Source: a phage. From it: a stretch of DNA of 64,000 bases. Where the stretch lies: the sequence record PZ583743.1; one strand, written 5' to 3'. Of the stretch, positions 31,492 to 41,334 are shown piece after piece; positions within the stretch are counted from its first letter, which is position 1, and every line of letters starts with the position of its first letter. The notes under the pieces are model-generated. The model made no database searches, had not been told where the DNA came from, and saw only the letters and a list, made by a program, of their open reading frames with translations. Position numbers and translations under genes: made by a program.

Positions 31492-32658
31492 AAAATATTT
31501 TTTAAAACTCATCATAACTTTATCATCAACATCATTATCAATCTGTGCTACAAGGTAAGATGACAGTTCTACTTCTTGCGGCGCGGATTGAACATTATCA
31601 GAATTAAGGTATTCACGAATCCAAGGATACGGATGTTTAACCGGAGCATCGGTAATTGGGCATGGAAGACCACACTGTTTCATACGAGATACAGTTAAGT
31701 AATCAATAAAGCTCCACATGCTATTTGTATTTAATCCAGGAACATCACCATCTTTAAATAAATGAACCGCCCAGTCTTTTTCTTGGCGGTTAACTTCCAT
31801 GAAAATATCAACTGCTTCTTGTTCACACTCTTGAGCAATTTTAACCCATTCATCACCATCAGTGCCAAGTTGAAGTTGACGAATAATATATTGGGTGCCT
31901 TTAAGGTGAAGTTGCTCATCACGCGCAATGAACTTCATAATCTTGGCATTACCTTCCATGATTTCCATATTCTTATGGAAGTTAAAGGTACAGGCGAAAG
32001 ATACGTAAAAACGAATAGCTTCCAATGCATTGATTACGTGCAGGCAGAGGTAAAGAGATTTCATTAGTGCTCGTTTAGTACATTCAACAACTTTGCCTAA
32101 CTCTTCTTTACGAAATCCTTCTGATAAAATTCCTTCATAATCTTCAACCGCATTCTGATATTCACGAGTCTTAACTAGAACGTCATCATAATAACGACCA
32201 ATAGATTCAGCACGTTTCATGATAGCTTTATCTAATACAATCTCATCAAATACCTTTGATGGATCAGTATAAAGATTTCGCATAATATGAGTATATGAAC
32301 GGCTGTGAATAGTTTCACTAAAAGTCCATGTAGCAACCCATGTATCAAGACTTGGGTCTGAAATTAACGACATAAGTACAGCAGACGGTGCACGACCCTG
32401 AATGCTATCCAAAAGTGATTGATACTTCAGGTTATTAGTAAAAATATCTTGCTGATACTGAGGAAGCTTGTTAAATTGTGCAGCATCCATCATCAAGTTT
32501 ACTTCTTCAGGACGCCAGAAAAATGACAACTGTTTTTCGGTTAAATCTTCAAAAACTTTATGACGTTGAATATCATAACGCGCAATACCAAGACCTGAAC
32601 CGAAGAACATAGGTTCTTTTAAAACATCAACTGGATTTGTATTAAAAACTGTGCTCAT
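31489..32658 (-). CDS. nrdB: Ribonucleotide reductase small subunit NrdB (uninterrupted)
   Basis: 389 aa contiguous ORF with R2 di-iron ligand motifs; no intron interruption. Confidence 0.95.
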   Translation of the reverse strand: MSTVFNTNPVDVLKEPMFFGSGLGIARYDIQRHKVFEDLTEKQLSFFWRPEEVNLMMDAAQFNKLPQYQQDIFTNNLKYQSLLDSIQGRAPSAVLMSLISDPSLDTWVATWTFSETIHSRSYTHIMRNLYTDPSKVFDEIVLDKAIMKRAESIGRYYDDVLVKTREYQNAVEDYEGILSEGFRKEELGKVVECTKRALMKSLYLCLHVINALEAIRFYVSFACTFNFHKNMEIMEGNAKIMKFIARDEQLHLKGTQYIIRQLQLGTDGDEWVKIAQECEQEAVDIFMEVNRQEKDWAVHLFKDGDVPGLNTNSMWSFIDYLTVSRMKQCGLPCPITDAPVKHPYPWIREYLNSDNVQSAPQEVELSSYLVAQIDNDVDDKVMMSFKKYF

Positions 32659-32709
32659 AAATTTTCCGCTTAGTTAATAGATAGTGACTCGTCCGTGAGT
32701 CAAATTATA

Positions 32710-34974
32710 TCATAATTTACAGGATGAACAATCTTCAGCTTTTGGAGTTTCTATTTCATAATCATCAGTACCAGAACCGTCACGTGTATTATGATAATAG
32801 AAATTTTTTCCGCCAAAATACCAAAAGTACAAAAGGTCATCAATCATTACAGACATTGGAACCTTTCCTTTTGGAAAAATCTGCGGGTCATAATATGTAT
32901 TCGCTGAAGCTGATTGACATACCCATTTCAGCATAATAGCTACCTGCGTAAGATAAGGTTTATTACCTTTCTTAGCTAATTTCCACGTATAATCATAGAG
33001 GTCTATGTTATGCTCAATATTGGGCACGACTTGATTAAAGGAACCCTCTTTTGATTCTTTAACAGAGACTGGTCCGCGTGGAGGCTCGATACCGTTTGTA
33101 CTGTTAGAAACTTGGGAAGATGACTCACATGGCATAAGTGCTGATAATGTGCTATTACGGATGCCAAAGAGCTTAAGGTCTTCCCGCAGCGACGACCAGT
33201 CACAAACGTATTTTGGAGCTGCGATTTGGTCAATCTTTTTATTGTACCAGTCGATAGGTAATTCGCCTCGAGACCAACGAGTGTCTGAATAATACTCGCA
33301 AGGTCCTTTTTCTTTGGCGAGCTTAATGGATGCTTTAATGAGTCCATACTGTAATCTCTCAAATAGTTCATGTGTTAAATCGTTAGCATCTTCATAAGAA
33401 GCAAAGTTACTTGCTAGCCAAGCTGCATAGTTAGTAACACCTACACCAAGATTTCGACGCTTTTTAGCTTTTTCTGCTTCAGGAACTGGATATCCTTGGT
33501 AATCCAAAAGATTATCAAGAGCGCGAACTTGAACTTCTGCTAATTCATTAATTTTATCTTGGTCTTGCCAATCGAAGTTATCCAACACAAATGCAGATAA
33601 CGTGCACAATCCAATTTCGGCATCAGGGCTATTCACATCATTTGTTGGAATAGCAATTTCACAGCACAAGTTACTCTGACGAATAGGTGCCTTTTCACGA
33701 ATAAACGGAGTATAGTTATTCGTATTATCAATGAACTGTACATAAATCCTTGCTGTTCCTGATCGTTCAGTCATGAGCAATTCAAACAGTTCACGGGCTT
33801 TAATACGCTTTTTACGAATATTAGGGTCTTTTTCTGCGGCTTCGTATAATTCGCGGAAACGGTCTTGGTCTTTAAAATAAGAATAATAAAGTTCGCCACC
33901 CATTTCATGCGGACTAAACAAAGTAATGTAATCGTTCTTTCCGAATCGTTCCATCATCAAATCATTCAGCTGGACGCCATAATCCATATGACGAATACGG
34001 TTTTCTTCTACGCCTTTGTTATTTTTCAAAACGAGAAGATTTTCAACTTCCAAATGCCAAATAGGATAATAAGCAGTAGCAGCGCCGCCACGAATTCCGC
34101 CTTGTGAACATGATTTAACAGCAGTCTGAAAATGTTTCCAAAAAGGAATAACGCCAGTATGACGCACTTCACCTGTGCCAATCTTAGAACCTTCGGCACG
34201 AATCATACCAACATTAATGCCGATTCCAGCTCGTTTAGAAATATACTCAACAATTGAAGCAGAAGCCTTATTGATAGACTTCAGCGAATCACCTGCTTCA
34301 ATAACAACGCATGAACTAAACTGTCGAGTTGGAGTACGACATCCAGCCATAATAGGAGTTGGCAGTGAAATCTGTCGAGTAGATACTGCTTCATAAAAAC
34401 GAATAACATGTTTTAATCTGTCAACAGGTTCATCTTGATGCAATGCCATTCCAATAGTCATAAATGCAAACTGTGGAGTTTCATAAATTTGACCAGTGGT
34501 TTTATCTTTAACGAGATATTTTTCTTTTAATTGCATCGCCCCGGAATAAGTAAATTCCATATCCCGCTCGTGCTTAATTTTTGATTCTAAAAATGTAATT
34601 TCTTCTGCAGAATATTTTGACAACAATTCAGGGTCGTATTTACCTTCATTTACACAGTAAGAAATATGGTCAATAAATGAACGGGGCTCATACTGCCCGT
34701 AAACATGTTTACGAAGAGCAAACATTAAACAGCGCGCAGCTACATATTGATAATCAGGCTCTTCAACTGAAATAGAATTCGCAGCAGCCTTAATTACAAT
34801 GGTTTGAATGTCATCAGTGGTCATTCCATCACGGAGATATGATTTAATATTTTCATATAATTCATAAGGATCTACAGATGTTCCTTCAGCTGCCCAAGAT
34901 AAAACTTTAATAATTTTTTGCGGGTCAAAGCTTTGAGAAACACCACTACTTTTGATAACATTAATTAATTGCAT
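32710..34974 (-). CDS. nrdA: Ribonucleotide reductase large subunit NrdA
   Basis: 754 aa, same length as T4 NrdA; class Ia RNR active-site cysteine context. Confidence 0.95.
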   Translation of the reverse strand: MQLINVIKSSGVSQSFDPQKIIKVLSWAAEGTSVDPYELYENIKSYLRDGMTTDDIQTIVIKAAANSISVEEPDYQYVAARCLMFALRKHVYGQYEPRSFIDHISYCVNEGKYDPELLSKYSAEEITFLESKIKHERDMEFTYSGAMQLKEKYLVKDKTTGQIYETPQFAFMTIGMALHQDEPVDRLKHVIRFYEAVSTRQISLPTPIMAGCRTPTRQFSSCVVIEAGDSLKSINKASASIVEYISKRAGIGINVGMIRAEGSKIGTGEVRHTGVIPFWKHFQTAVKSCSQGGIRGGAATAYYPIWHLEVENLLVLKNNKGVEENRIRHMDYGVQLNDLMMERFGKNDYITLFSPHEMGGELYYSYFKDQDRFRELYEAAEKDPNIRKKRIKARELFELLMTERSGTARIYVQFIDNTNNYTPFIREKAPIRQSNLCCEIAIPTNDVNSPDAEIGLCTLSAFVLDNFDWQDQDKINELAEVQVRALDNLLDYQGYPVPEAEKAKKRRNLGVGVTNYAAWLASNFASYEDANDLTHELFERLQYGLIKASIKLAKEKGPCEYYSDTRWSRGELPIDWYNKKIDQIAAPKYVCDWSSLREDLKLFGIRNSTLSALMPCESSSQVSNSTNGIEPPRGPVSVKESKEGSFNQVVPNIEHNIDLYDYTWKLAKKGNKPYLTQVAIMLKWVCQSASANTYYDPQIFPKGKVPMSVMIDDLLYFWYFGGKNFYYHNTRDGSGTDDYEIETPKAEDCSSCKL

Positions 34975-35291
34975 AAGTCCTCAACTTGAAAATCGTCTTT
35001 AAACAATCGGTTAACTATATGAGCTATTATATCACCATGACACGGCTTTGGTTTACATGTGCATCCTAGCCTCATTCCACGTAAAGGCTCTAAATGTGCT
35101 TTAGTTATTTCTCCGGATTTAATTCGACGTATAAAATCTTTTTTGAATAATTCAATGGCAGCCTCCCGGCTGCCAGCATCTTTACCGACGTAATTTCCCC
35201 AAAATGTACCACGGTGAATATTAACATCAAAGTCGGATTTATATTTATTCACTACTTGGCATAGACGGCCCGCGCGGTGATAATTCGTCAT
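34965..35291 (-). CDS. Hypothetical Cys/His-motif protein (nrdA.1 position)
   Basis: 108 aa; [12 protein letters not shown] motif; overlaps nrdA start and the upstream ORF. Confidence 0.6.
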   Translation of the reverse strand: MTNYHRAGRLCQVVNKYKSDFDVNIHRGTFWGNYVGKDAGSREAAIELFKKDFIRRIKSGEITKAHLEPLRGMRLGCTCKPKPCHGDIIAHIVNRLFKDDFQVEDLCN

Positions 35292-35508
35292 ATTGTTTTT
35301 CCGTTAAAACAGTAATATCATAATAACAATCTGAAGAAGTTTTAACCGTAGAAATTTTATTATCAAAATACTCACGAGTCATTTTATGAGTATAATATTT
35401 TTTGCCATAAATTATAATAGGCTGATTTGGTCCTGGAACTTCTAACTCGCTTGGGTTAGGAAGTGTAAAAAGAACTACACCAGAAGTATCTTTAAATCGT
35501 AAAATCAT
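35245..35508 (-). CDS. Hypothetical protein (nrdA.2 position)
   Basis: 87-aa ORF; 47-nt overlap with the downstream ORF. Confidence 0.55.
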   Translation of the reverse strand: MILRFKDTSGVVLFTLPNPSELEVPGPNQPIIIYGKKYYTHKMTREYFDNKISTVKTSSDCYYDITVLTEKQYDELSPRGPSMPSSE

Positions 35509-35531
35509 ATATCCTCACAATTAATAATTAA

Positions 35532-36392
35532 TTACACCGCCATTTTTCCTTTAATAGGAGGGTGAGATACATAGTTGTTAAGAACAAAATTATGCGGCTT
35601 TGCGAATTGACTCAACCAAAATACCTGTGATTCTGTGTCCCATTCATCAAATTCATCTGGAAATTTTAATTGTAATTCGCATAAATCCATAGGTTCACGA
35701 CGCAAAATTTCTTTACATTGTTCTATGTGATTCATATAGATATGAGTATTACCACCAGAAAATATCAAATCTCCTGGAATAAGATTACACATCTTAGCTA
35801 CAATATGAACTAATGCAGCATATGATGCAATGTTGAATGGCAAGCCCAAGAACACGTCAACACTTCTTTGATACCACTGCAAATCCAAATAGCCATTACG
35901 CACATTAAACTGATAGAACATATGACAAGGCGGTAATGCCATTTGCTTGAGTTCAGCTGGATTCCATGCTGAAACAATTTGACGTCTATCATTTGGCAGT
36001 TTTTTAATACGATCAACAACTTCTATAATTTGGTCTACACCGCCAAAATCACGCCATTGTTTTCCATAAATTGGACCAAGTTCACCGCTATGATATCCTA
36101 AATCTTTTGCTTGATTTTCGTAATTTTCATCCCAGACTGTTTTGCCTTGAATTAATGAATCATGCTGAATTAATCGTAAATCATTTACGTTAGTACTTCC
36201 TGATAAAAACCATATTAGCTCAGCAATGCAAGCTTTCCAGGCGAGCTTCTTAGTTGTTACTGCAGGAAAACCTTTACTTAAATCCCAGCGTAATTTAGTA
36301 CCGAACAGAGCAATTGTTCCTGTGCCTGTTCGGTCATCAGTTTCATAGCCATTTTCAAAAATGTCTTTAATTAAATCTTGGTATTGTTTCAT
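35532..36392 (-). CDS. td: Thymidylate synthase Td (uninterrupted, no group I intron)
   Basis: 286 aa contiguous ORF; active-site context …ALPPCHMFYQF…. Confidence 0.95.
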   Translation of the reverse strand: MKQYQDLIKDIFENGYETDDRTGTGTIALFGTKLRWDLSKGFPAVTTKKLAWKACIAELIWFLSGSTNVNDLRLIQHDSLIQGKTVWDENYENQAKDLGYHSGELGPIYGKQWRDFGGVDQIIEVVDRIKKLPNDRRQIVSAWNPAELKQMALPPCHMFYQFNVRNGYLDLQWYQRSVDVFLGLPFNIASYAALVHIVAKMCNLIPGDLIFSGGNTHIYMNHIEQCKEILRREPMDLCELQLKFPDEFDEWDTESQVFWLSQFAKPHNFVLNNYVSHPPIKGKMAV

Positions 36393-36437
36393 TTAGTACC
36401 TTATATAAATTATAATACATTTTATGAAGCTAAATAA

Positions 36438-36797
36438 TCAATACGGTTTAGCGTCAAATTTTCTTTCAATTTCAGGCGTAAAATACAATTCTTTACCACG
36501 CTTGGAAAAGCGACCAATAATATGATAATTATTCTCATCAAACGTGATATTGCCGATATCCATAGCTTTCAACCAAATATCGATATTTCTGTCAAGCTTT
36601 ATATCAAAATTCCAATACGGAGAACTATTACCGAAAATACTACAAGCGGATTCAGTGAAACAACTGCTATAAATCTTGTCTTTAGGAACTACTAATTGAT
36701 AGACGCCTTTAATAAACTGAGGACCCTGCCATTTTGGTTGTTTCACGTCTTTTTCTAATAGAATAGGGTAATAATTAAAATTCATATTTTCCGCCAC
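36438..36797 (-). CDS. Hypothetical protein (119 aa) located between frd and td
   Basis: ORF with its own spacing and an AT-rich upstream region; no recognisable motif. Confidence 0.6.
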   Translation of the reverse strand: MAENMNFNYYPILLEKDVKQPKWQGPQFIKGVYQLVVPKDKIYSSCFTESACSIFGNSSPYWNFDIKLDRNIDIWLKAMDIGNITFDENNYHIIGRFSKRGKELYFTPEIERKFDAKPY

Positions 36798-36805
36798 GTG
36801 TTATT

Positions 36806-37632
<827 letters not shown>

Positions 37633-37640
37633 TTTATCTC

Positions 37641-37976
37641 CTAATATAAAGGATCGGGAACATATCCACTAGCTTTAATCATTTTAACTAAGGTTACCAT
37701 TCCTTTGTTAACTGCTTGTGAGATTTCATCAAAAACTTCATCACTAAAAAGTTCTAACACTCCCTTCTGAACTTTTAATTTACAACCAACAATTTCGTCA
37801 TCGCCTATAGTAAATTCATTACCGCCAATTCCACCGAAAAACTTAATTACCCCAGTTAACTGTCTTCCACGAGAATATGGGTCATGTGATAAAGTAATAT
37901 GAGTCACCCCAGGTACAGTTTTAAATTGACAGCGAATGTTTACTTGGGAAATTCCAGTTACATGAATGTCAGACAT
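37641..37976 (-). CDS. Hypothetical protein (frd.2 position)
   Basis: 111-aa ORF. Confidence 0.6.
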   Translation of the reverse strand: MSDIHVTGISQVNIRCQFKTVPGVTHITLSHDPYSRGRQLTGVIKFFGGIGGNEFTIGDDEIVGCKLKVQKGVLELFSDEVFDEISQAVNKGMVTLVKMIKASGYVPDPLY

Positions 37977-37986
37977 AATATTTTCC

Positions 37987-38229
37987 TCAAACAGACTTTT
38001 TCACAGTTTTCCAATCAGCTTTAAACTGATCAACATCAGAATGGTAAATCCAGAATCCTGCGCTTTCTCCATCCTCATAAAGAGGGCATCCATCACATTC
38101 ATCTTCCCATCCCATATCACGTAAAAGATGTTCAGCTTTTTCAACGAGTTCAGAATCTTTACCGATGATATTAAAATACCATTTACCTCTAACTTCTGAA
38201 TCTTTGATGCTCTGGCGTTGTAATCTCAT
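37987..38229 (-). CDS. Hypothetical protein (frd.3 position)
   Basis: 80-aa ORF preceded by an early promoter. Confidence 0.6.
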   Translation of the reverse strand: MRLQRQSIKDSEVRGKWYFNIIGKDSELVEKAEHLLRDMGWEDECDGCPLYEDGESAGFWIYHSDVDQFKADWKTVKKSV

Positions 38230-38254
38230 TTTATTCTCCTTAGTTGATAGGGTA

Positions 38255-38284
38255 ATAGTATCACACTACTACCCTTCTGTAAAC
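38255..38284 (-). promoter_or_regulatory. T4-type early promoter (GTTTAC, 18 nt, TACTAT)
   Basis: Minus-strand GTTTAC at 38279-38284 and -10 at 38255-38260, upstream of the 80-aa ORF. Confidence 0.45.
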
Positions 38285-38661
38285 TACTTTTTGAAAGTTT
38301 TTCGCAAAAGTTCAATGATTTCATCTACATTGTTTTCGTCAACAATGCAGTGAATTTTTGTTACGCCAGAAACCTTGTCTTCGACTTCATCTTCAGAAGT
38401 CGGTTCTTTATACTCGCAGAAACAATGAAATTCGTCTTCGCAAATTTCTGAAAGTCTATCACAAAGGTGAAAATGCTTTCCATTAGCGCATTCAATGTGT
38501 TTTACCGCTTTAAATCCATTAGCAAAGAAAACTTCTTTAACTTCAAACCATCCGCCATTTTCTCGAATAATTTTAACTATTGACGCGTTGGATCGTGGGC
38601 TATAATTAATAAATGTATCAATAAGTCTTGGAACAAGTTCATACTTTTTGCCAATATACAT
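38284..38661 (-). CDS. Hypothetical Cys/His-rich protein (125 aa), possible zinc binder
   Basis: …HIECANGKHFHLCDRLSEICEDEFHCFCEY… cluster of Cys/His residues. Confidence 0.6.
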   Translation of the reverse strand: MYIGKKYELVPRLIDTFINYSPRSNASIVKIIRENGGWFEVKEVFFANGFKAVKHIECANGKHFHLCDRLSEICEDEFHCFCEYKEPTSEDEVEDKVSGVTKIHCIVDENNVDEIIELLRKTFKK

Positions 38662-38705
38662 TACGTTTTCCTCATTTTAACGGGGCTGTAATAGCCCCTT
38701 GATAA

Positions 38706-38957
38706 TTATTGTTCAATCAATCCCATGTAAAATTCTGCGTCTTCAGAATCCATGCCGTCACAATACTCATTAGCCATAAAGCGGGTGAGGTCTTCAAGAG
38801 GGCCTTCAATGACAATAGAAAAATTGCAATAATTAGGATCATCGTGAATACTTGTGATACTAAGTCTAGTATAACGATTACGAATAATTTCTTCAATATA
38901 TTCAAAATCAACGATGTCAATATCAACTTTAGCCATATTATTTTCCTCTTTAATCAT
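38706..38957 (-). CDS. Hypothetical acidic protein (83 aa)
   Basis: ORF directly downstream of an early promoter cassette. Confidence 0.6.
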   Translation of the reverse strand: MIKEENNMAKVDIDIVDFEYIEEIIRNRYTRLSITSIHDDPNYCNFSIVIEGPLEDLTRFMANEYCDGMDSEDAEFYMGLIEQ

Positions 38958-38967
38958 CAGCAGTATT

Positions 38968-39040
38968 GCCGATAGTTGTATAGTACCACAGTATGCTTTG
39001 GTTGTAAACCGTTTTGTGAAAAAATTTTTGAAATAAAAAA
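38968..39040 (-). repeat. Repeated terminator-UP element-early promoter cassette, copy 1 (contains GTTTAC at 39004-39009)
   Basis: About 70 nt near-identical to 55283-55356 and partly to 58905-58975 (…gttgatagttgtatagtaccacagtatgctttggttgtaaac…gttttgtgaaaaaa…tttgaaataaaaaa). Confidence 0.7.
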
Positions 39041-39059
39041 GGGGACCTCTAGGGTCCCC
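39031..39059 (-). terminator. Rho-independent terminator of gene 32 (GGGGACCCUAGAGGUCCCC + U-run)
   Basis: Perfect 7-bp GC stem followed by UUUUUUAUUUC on the minus strand, 20 nt after the gene 32 stop. Confidence 0.7.
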
Positions 39060-39081
39060 AATTAATTAGTAATATAATCTA

Positions 39082-39990
39082 TTAAAGGTCATTCAAAAGG
39101 TCATCCAGGTCCGTGTCATCAGCACTAGATGAACTGCCAGAGCTTGAGCTCATAAAATCATCTTCAGTTTTTGTTTTGAAGTCATCAACATTGAATGCAT
39201 CCAAATCATCAGCAACTTTATCGGCTTTCTTAGCAGCAGTTGCTGCGGCACCACCCATAGCAGCAGTTCCCATAACTTGACTGAACTTAGTGCTCAATTC
39301 TTCAAACGATTTGAATTTATCTTTAGAAGTCATTTCAGAAAGGTCAACCATTTGTTCGAACAGTTCTTTCTGGAAAGATTCATCATCAATGTTTGGAATC
39401 GCAGATTGATTCAGGAATTTAGATTCGTCGTAGTTACTAAAACCAGAAACTTGTTTAACTTTCAGTACAAAGTTAGCACCTTCCCACGGACAAGTTACAT
39501 CAACCGGGGTTTCACCCATTTCAACATCAACTGCAATCATTGCATTGATTTTATCCCAGATTTTCTTACCGAAGCGGTATTTAAATACTTTACCTTCATT
39601 TTCTGGAGCAGCTGGGTCTTTTACTACAAGAATGTTAGCCCAGTAAGAAGTTTTACGTTTAACAAGACCGTACTCTTTATTGTCAGTGTTATACAAATCA
39701 TTTTTATTGATGTACTGACATACTGGACAAGAATCGTAATCACCGTGGGTAGATGAACAGTTTTCAATATACCATTTACCATTTTTCTTGAAACCGTGAT
39801 TTACAAGAATTGCGAATGGTGCTTGTTCATCATTTTTAGACGGAAGAAAACGAATTACTGCTTGACCGTTACCCGCATTGTCGAGTTTCAGTTTCCACTC
39901 GCCTTTATCTTCAGAAGAAAAACCACCTTTATTTCCAGCCAGTTTAGCCATTTGTGCAGCGAGTTCAGCAGTAGATTTACGTTTAAACAT
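39082..39990 (-). CDS. 32: gp32 single-stranded DNA-binding protein
   Basis: 302 aa; acidic Ser/Asp-rich C-terminus (…[22 protein letters not shown]); recognised as T4 gp32. Confidence 0.95.
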   Translation of the reverse strand: MFKRKSTAELAAQMAKLAGNKGGFSSEDKGEWKLKLDNAGNGQAVIRFLPSKNDEQAPFAILVNHGFKKNGKWYIENCSSTHGDYDSCPVCQYINKNDLYNTDNKEYGLVKRKTSYWANILVVKDPAAPENEGKVFKYRFGKKIWDKINAMIAVDVEMGETPVDVTCPWEGANFVLKVKQVSGFSNYDESKFLNQSAIPNIDDESFQKELFEQMVDLSEMTSKDKFKSFEELSTKFSQVMGTAAMGGAAATAAKKADKVADDLDAFNVDDFKTKTEDDFMSSSSGSSSSADDTDLDDLLNDL

Positions 39991-40060
39991 TTTTTATTTC
40001 CTTTTTAATTTAATTAACAGTTGGTGCTATGACGATGTATGACCTCATAGCTGGTCAGTG
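39991..40060 (-). promoter_or_regulatory. Gene 32 mRNA leader: autoregulatory translational operator
   Basis: Minus strand reads …AUGAGGUCAUACAUCGUCAUAGCACCAACUGUUAAUUAAAUUAAAAAGGAAAUAAAAAAUG, matching the known T4 pseudoknot plus unstructured AU-rich gp32 binding region. Confidence 0.6.
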
Positions 40061-40074
40061 AGATAATTATAATC

Positions 40075-40082
40075 TATTTATA
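40075..40082 (-). promoter_or_regulatory. Late promoter (TATAAATA, minus strand) upstream of gene 32
   Basis: Plus-strand TATTTATA in the 59-32 intergenic region. Confidence 0.45.
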
Positions 40083-40090
40083 ATAAGCAA

Positions 40091-40744
40091 TTAGTACTTA
40101 CAAGATTTCACAGTTTCAATAAAAACACTTTTAGCTTTCTGCGAATCAATATTTAAAATTTTTCTATAAGCCTTTAACTTTATAGAATAATTATTCCAGA
40201 CTAAATTATCAGTCTGTTCGTCATGTTTATCAATTATATTTAAAAACGAATCAAGCAAGATAAACGTCTCAAACGAAATTATATTCGATTGAAGTAGTTT
40301 AAAAATATAACTTGATTGAACTTTTGGATTATACTCAAAGATTTCTTTAAAAGCAGAAACTTCAACTTTTTTACTAAAATAATAAATGTTGCGAATATCT
40401 TCTTCAAACTTAAATTTAATTTGCTTTAAGCGTCCGATATATTCACGATAAAACACAAGTGCATCAGCGTCAGAGATGTCACCAATCCAAGCATCTTGGT
40501 TAGCAACAAGATTGCTTATAAAGATTAAAGCAAGTTCCTTTAATTTATATTTTTCTGATAACTTCTGGAAAAAATACTTATCCCTTCGCTTTTGATAAGC
40601 GGCATCAGACACCCGCATGCACCAATTATACTTAATTACATCATACTTTCCATTCATATGTTGTTTTATCATTAAGTATAATTTATAAACTGATTTACCA
40701 TCAATGTATCTTTCACCACCAGCAGGCATGCGGAGTTTAATCAT
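40091..40744 (-). CDS. 59: gp59 helicase-loading protein
   Basis: 217 aa; recognised as T4 gp59. Confidence 0.92.
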   Translation of the reverse strand: MIKLRMPAGGERYIDGKSVYKLYLMIKQHMNGKYDVIKYNWCMRVSDAAYQKRRDKYFFQKLSEKYKLKELALIFISNLVANQDAWIGDISDADALVFYREYIGRLKQIKFKFEEDIRNIYYFSKKVEVSAFKEIFEYNPKVQSSYIFKLLQSNIISFETFILLDSFLNIIDKHDEQTDNLVWNNYSIKLKAYRKILNIDSQKAKSVFIETVKSCKY

Positions 40745-41079
40745 AGTAGAAAATCTAATGTATTAGTTTTTTCACAACGAACAACAGAAGGACGTAAAAG
40801 ATTTTCGTCAATAGCTTCTGACTGAATTTTTTCAATTATACCCGAAGGAATAAATTTAGCAAATTGAGTTTCAGGAATAGAATTTTCTTCCAAGAATGCT
40901 GTTGTAGCTTCAAGATAACTCATTCCAAACTCTTCTACCATTTTTTCAATAATAAATCCATTTTCTTGGCGGTCAAGAAGCTTTGCTATTTCATCCTTTT
41001 CTTTCTTAATTGAAAGTTCTTTTTCTGAAAGACCGGTCTCATCGACCGGACGAATATCATTTAGAGAAAACTGTGTCAT
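40741..41079 (-). CDS. 33: gp33 late transcription co-activator
   Basis: 112 aa from MTQFSLNDIRPVDETGL… (ORF track starts 3 codons earlier); ATGA-coupled to gene 59. Confidence 0.9.
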   Translation of the reverse strand: MTQFSLNDIRPVDETGLSEKELSIKKEKDEIAKLLDRQENGFIIEKMVEEFGMSYLEATTAFLEENSIPETQFAKFIPSGIIEKIQSEAIDENLLRPSVVRCEKTNTLDFLL

Positions 41080-41326
41080 AAAGTTCAACTACCTCTTCAG
41101 TTTCAGCTTCAAACACATCACGGTTATCTTTATGATACAAAGCTAAAAGACGATTAAACATCTTACCATCAACGCCAAGTTCATCTTTAGCACGAATTCG
41201 AATGTCTTTAATCAATTCATTATAACCGGAAATTTTCAGTTTATGATCAGATGCTTCTTTGATAAATTTAGCTAAGTCTTCGCCATGGATAGCTTCATCA
41301 AATTCAACCATTTCTTTTTTAGCCAT
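41057..41326 (-). CDS. dsbA: DsbA, dsDNA-binding late-transcription enhancer
   Basis: 89 aa; T4 DsbA length and position between rnh and gene 33. Confidence 0.85.
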   Translation of the reverse strand: MAKKEMVEFDEAIHGEDLAKFIKEASDHKLKISGYNELIKDIRIRAKDELGVDGKMFNRLLALYHKDNRDVFEAETEEVVELYDTVFSK

Positions 41327-41334
41327 TATTCACC

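Noticed and set aside
34965-35508. 47-nt overlap of the two ORFs between nrdA and td, considered as a frameshifted pseudogene
   Set aside because: Both ORFs have plausible independent starts and lengths; without a reference alignment there is no evidence of disruption
35532-36392. Search for a group I intron or homing endonuclease in td (and in nrdB at 31489-32658)
   Set aside because: Both reading frames are continuous and full-length, so no intron is present
39277-39756. 159-aa plus-strand ORF opposite gene 32
   Set aside because: Entirely antisense to the well-supported gp32 CDS
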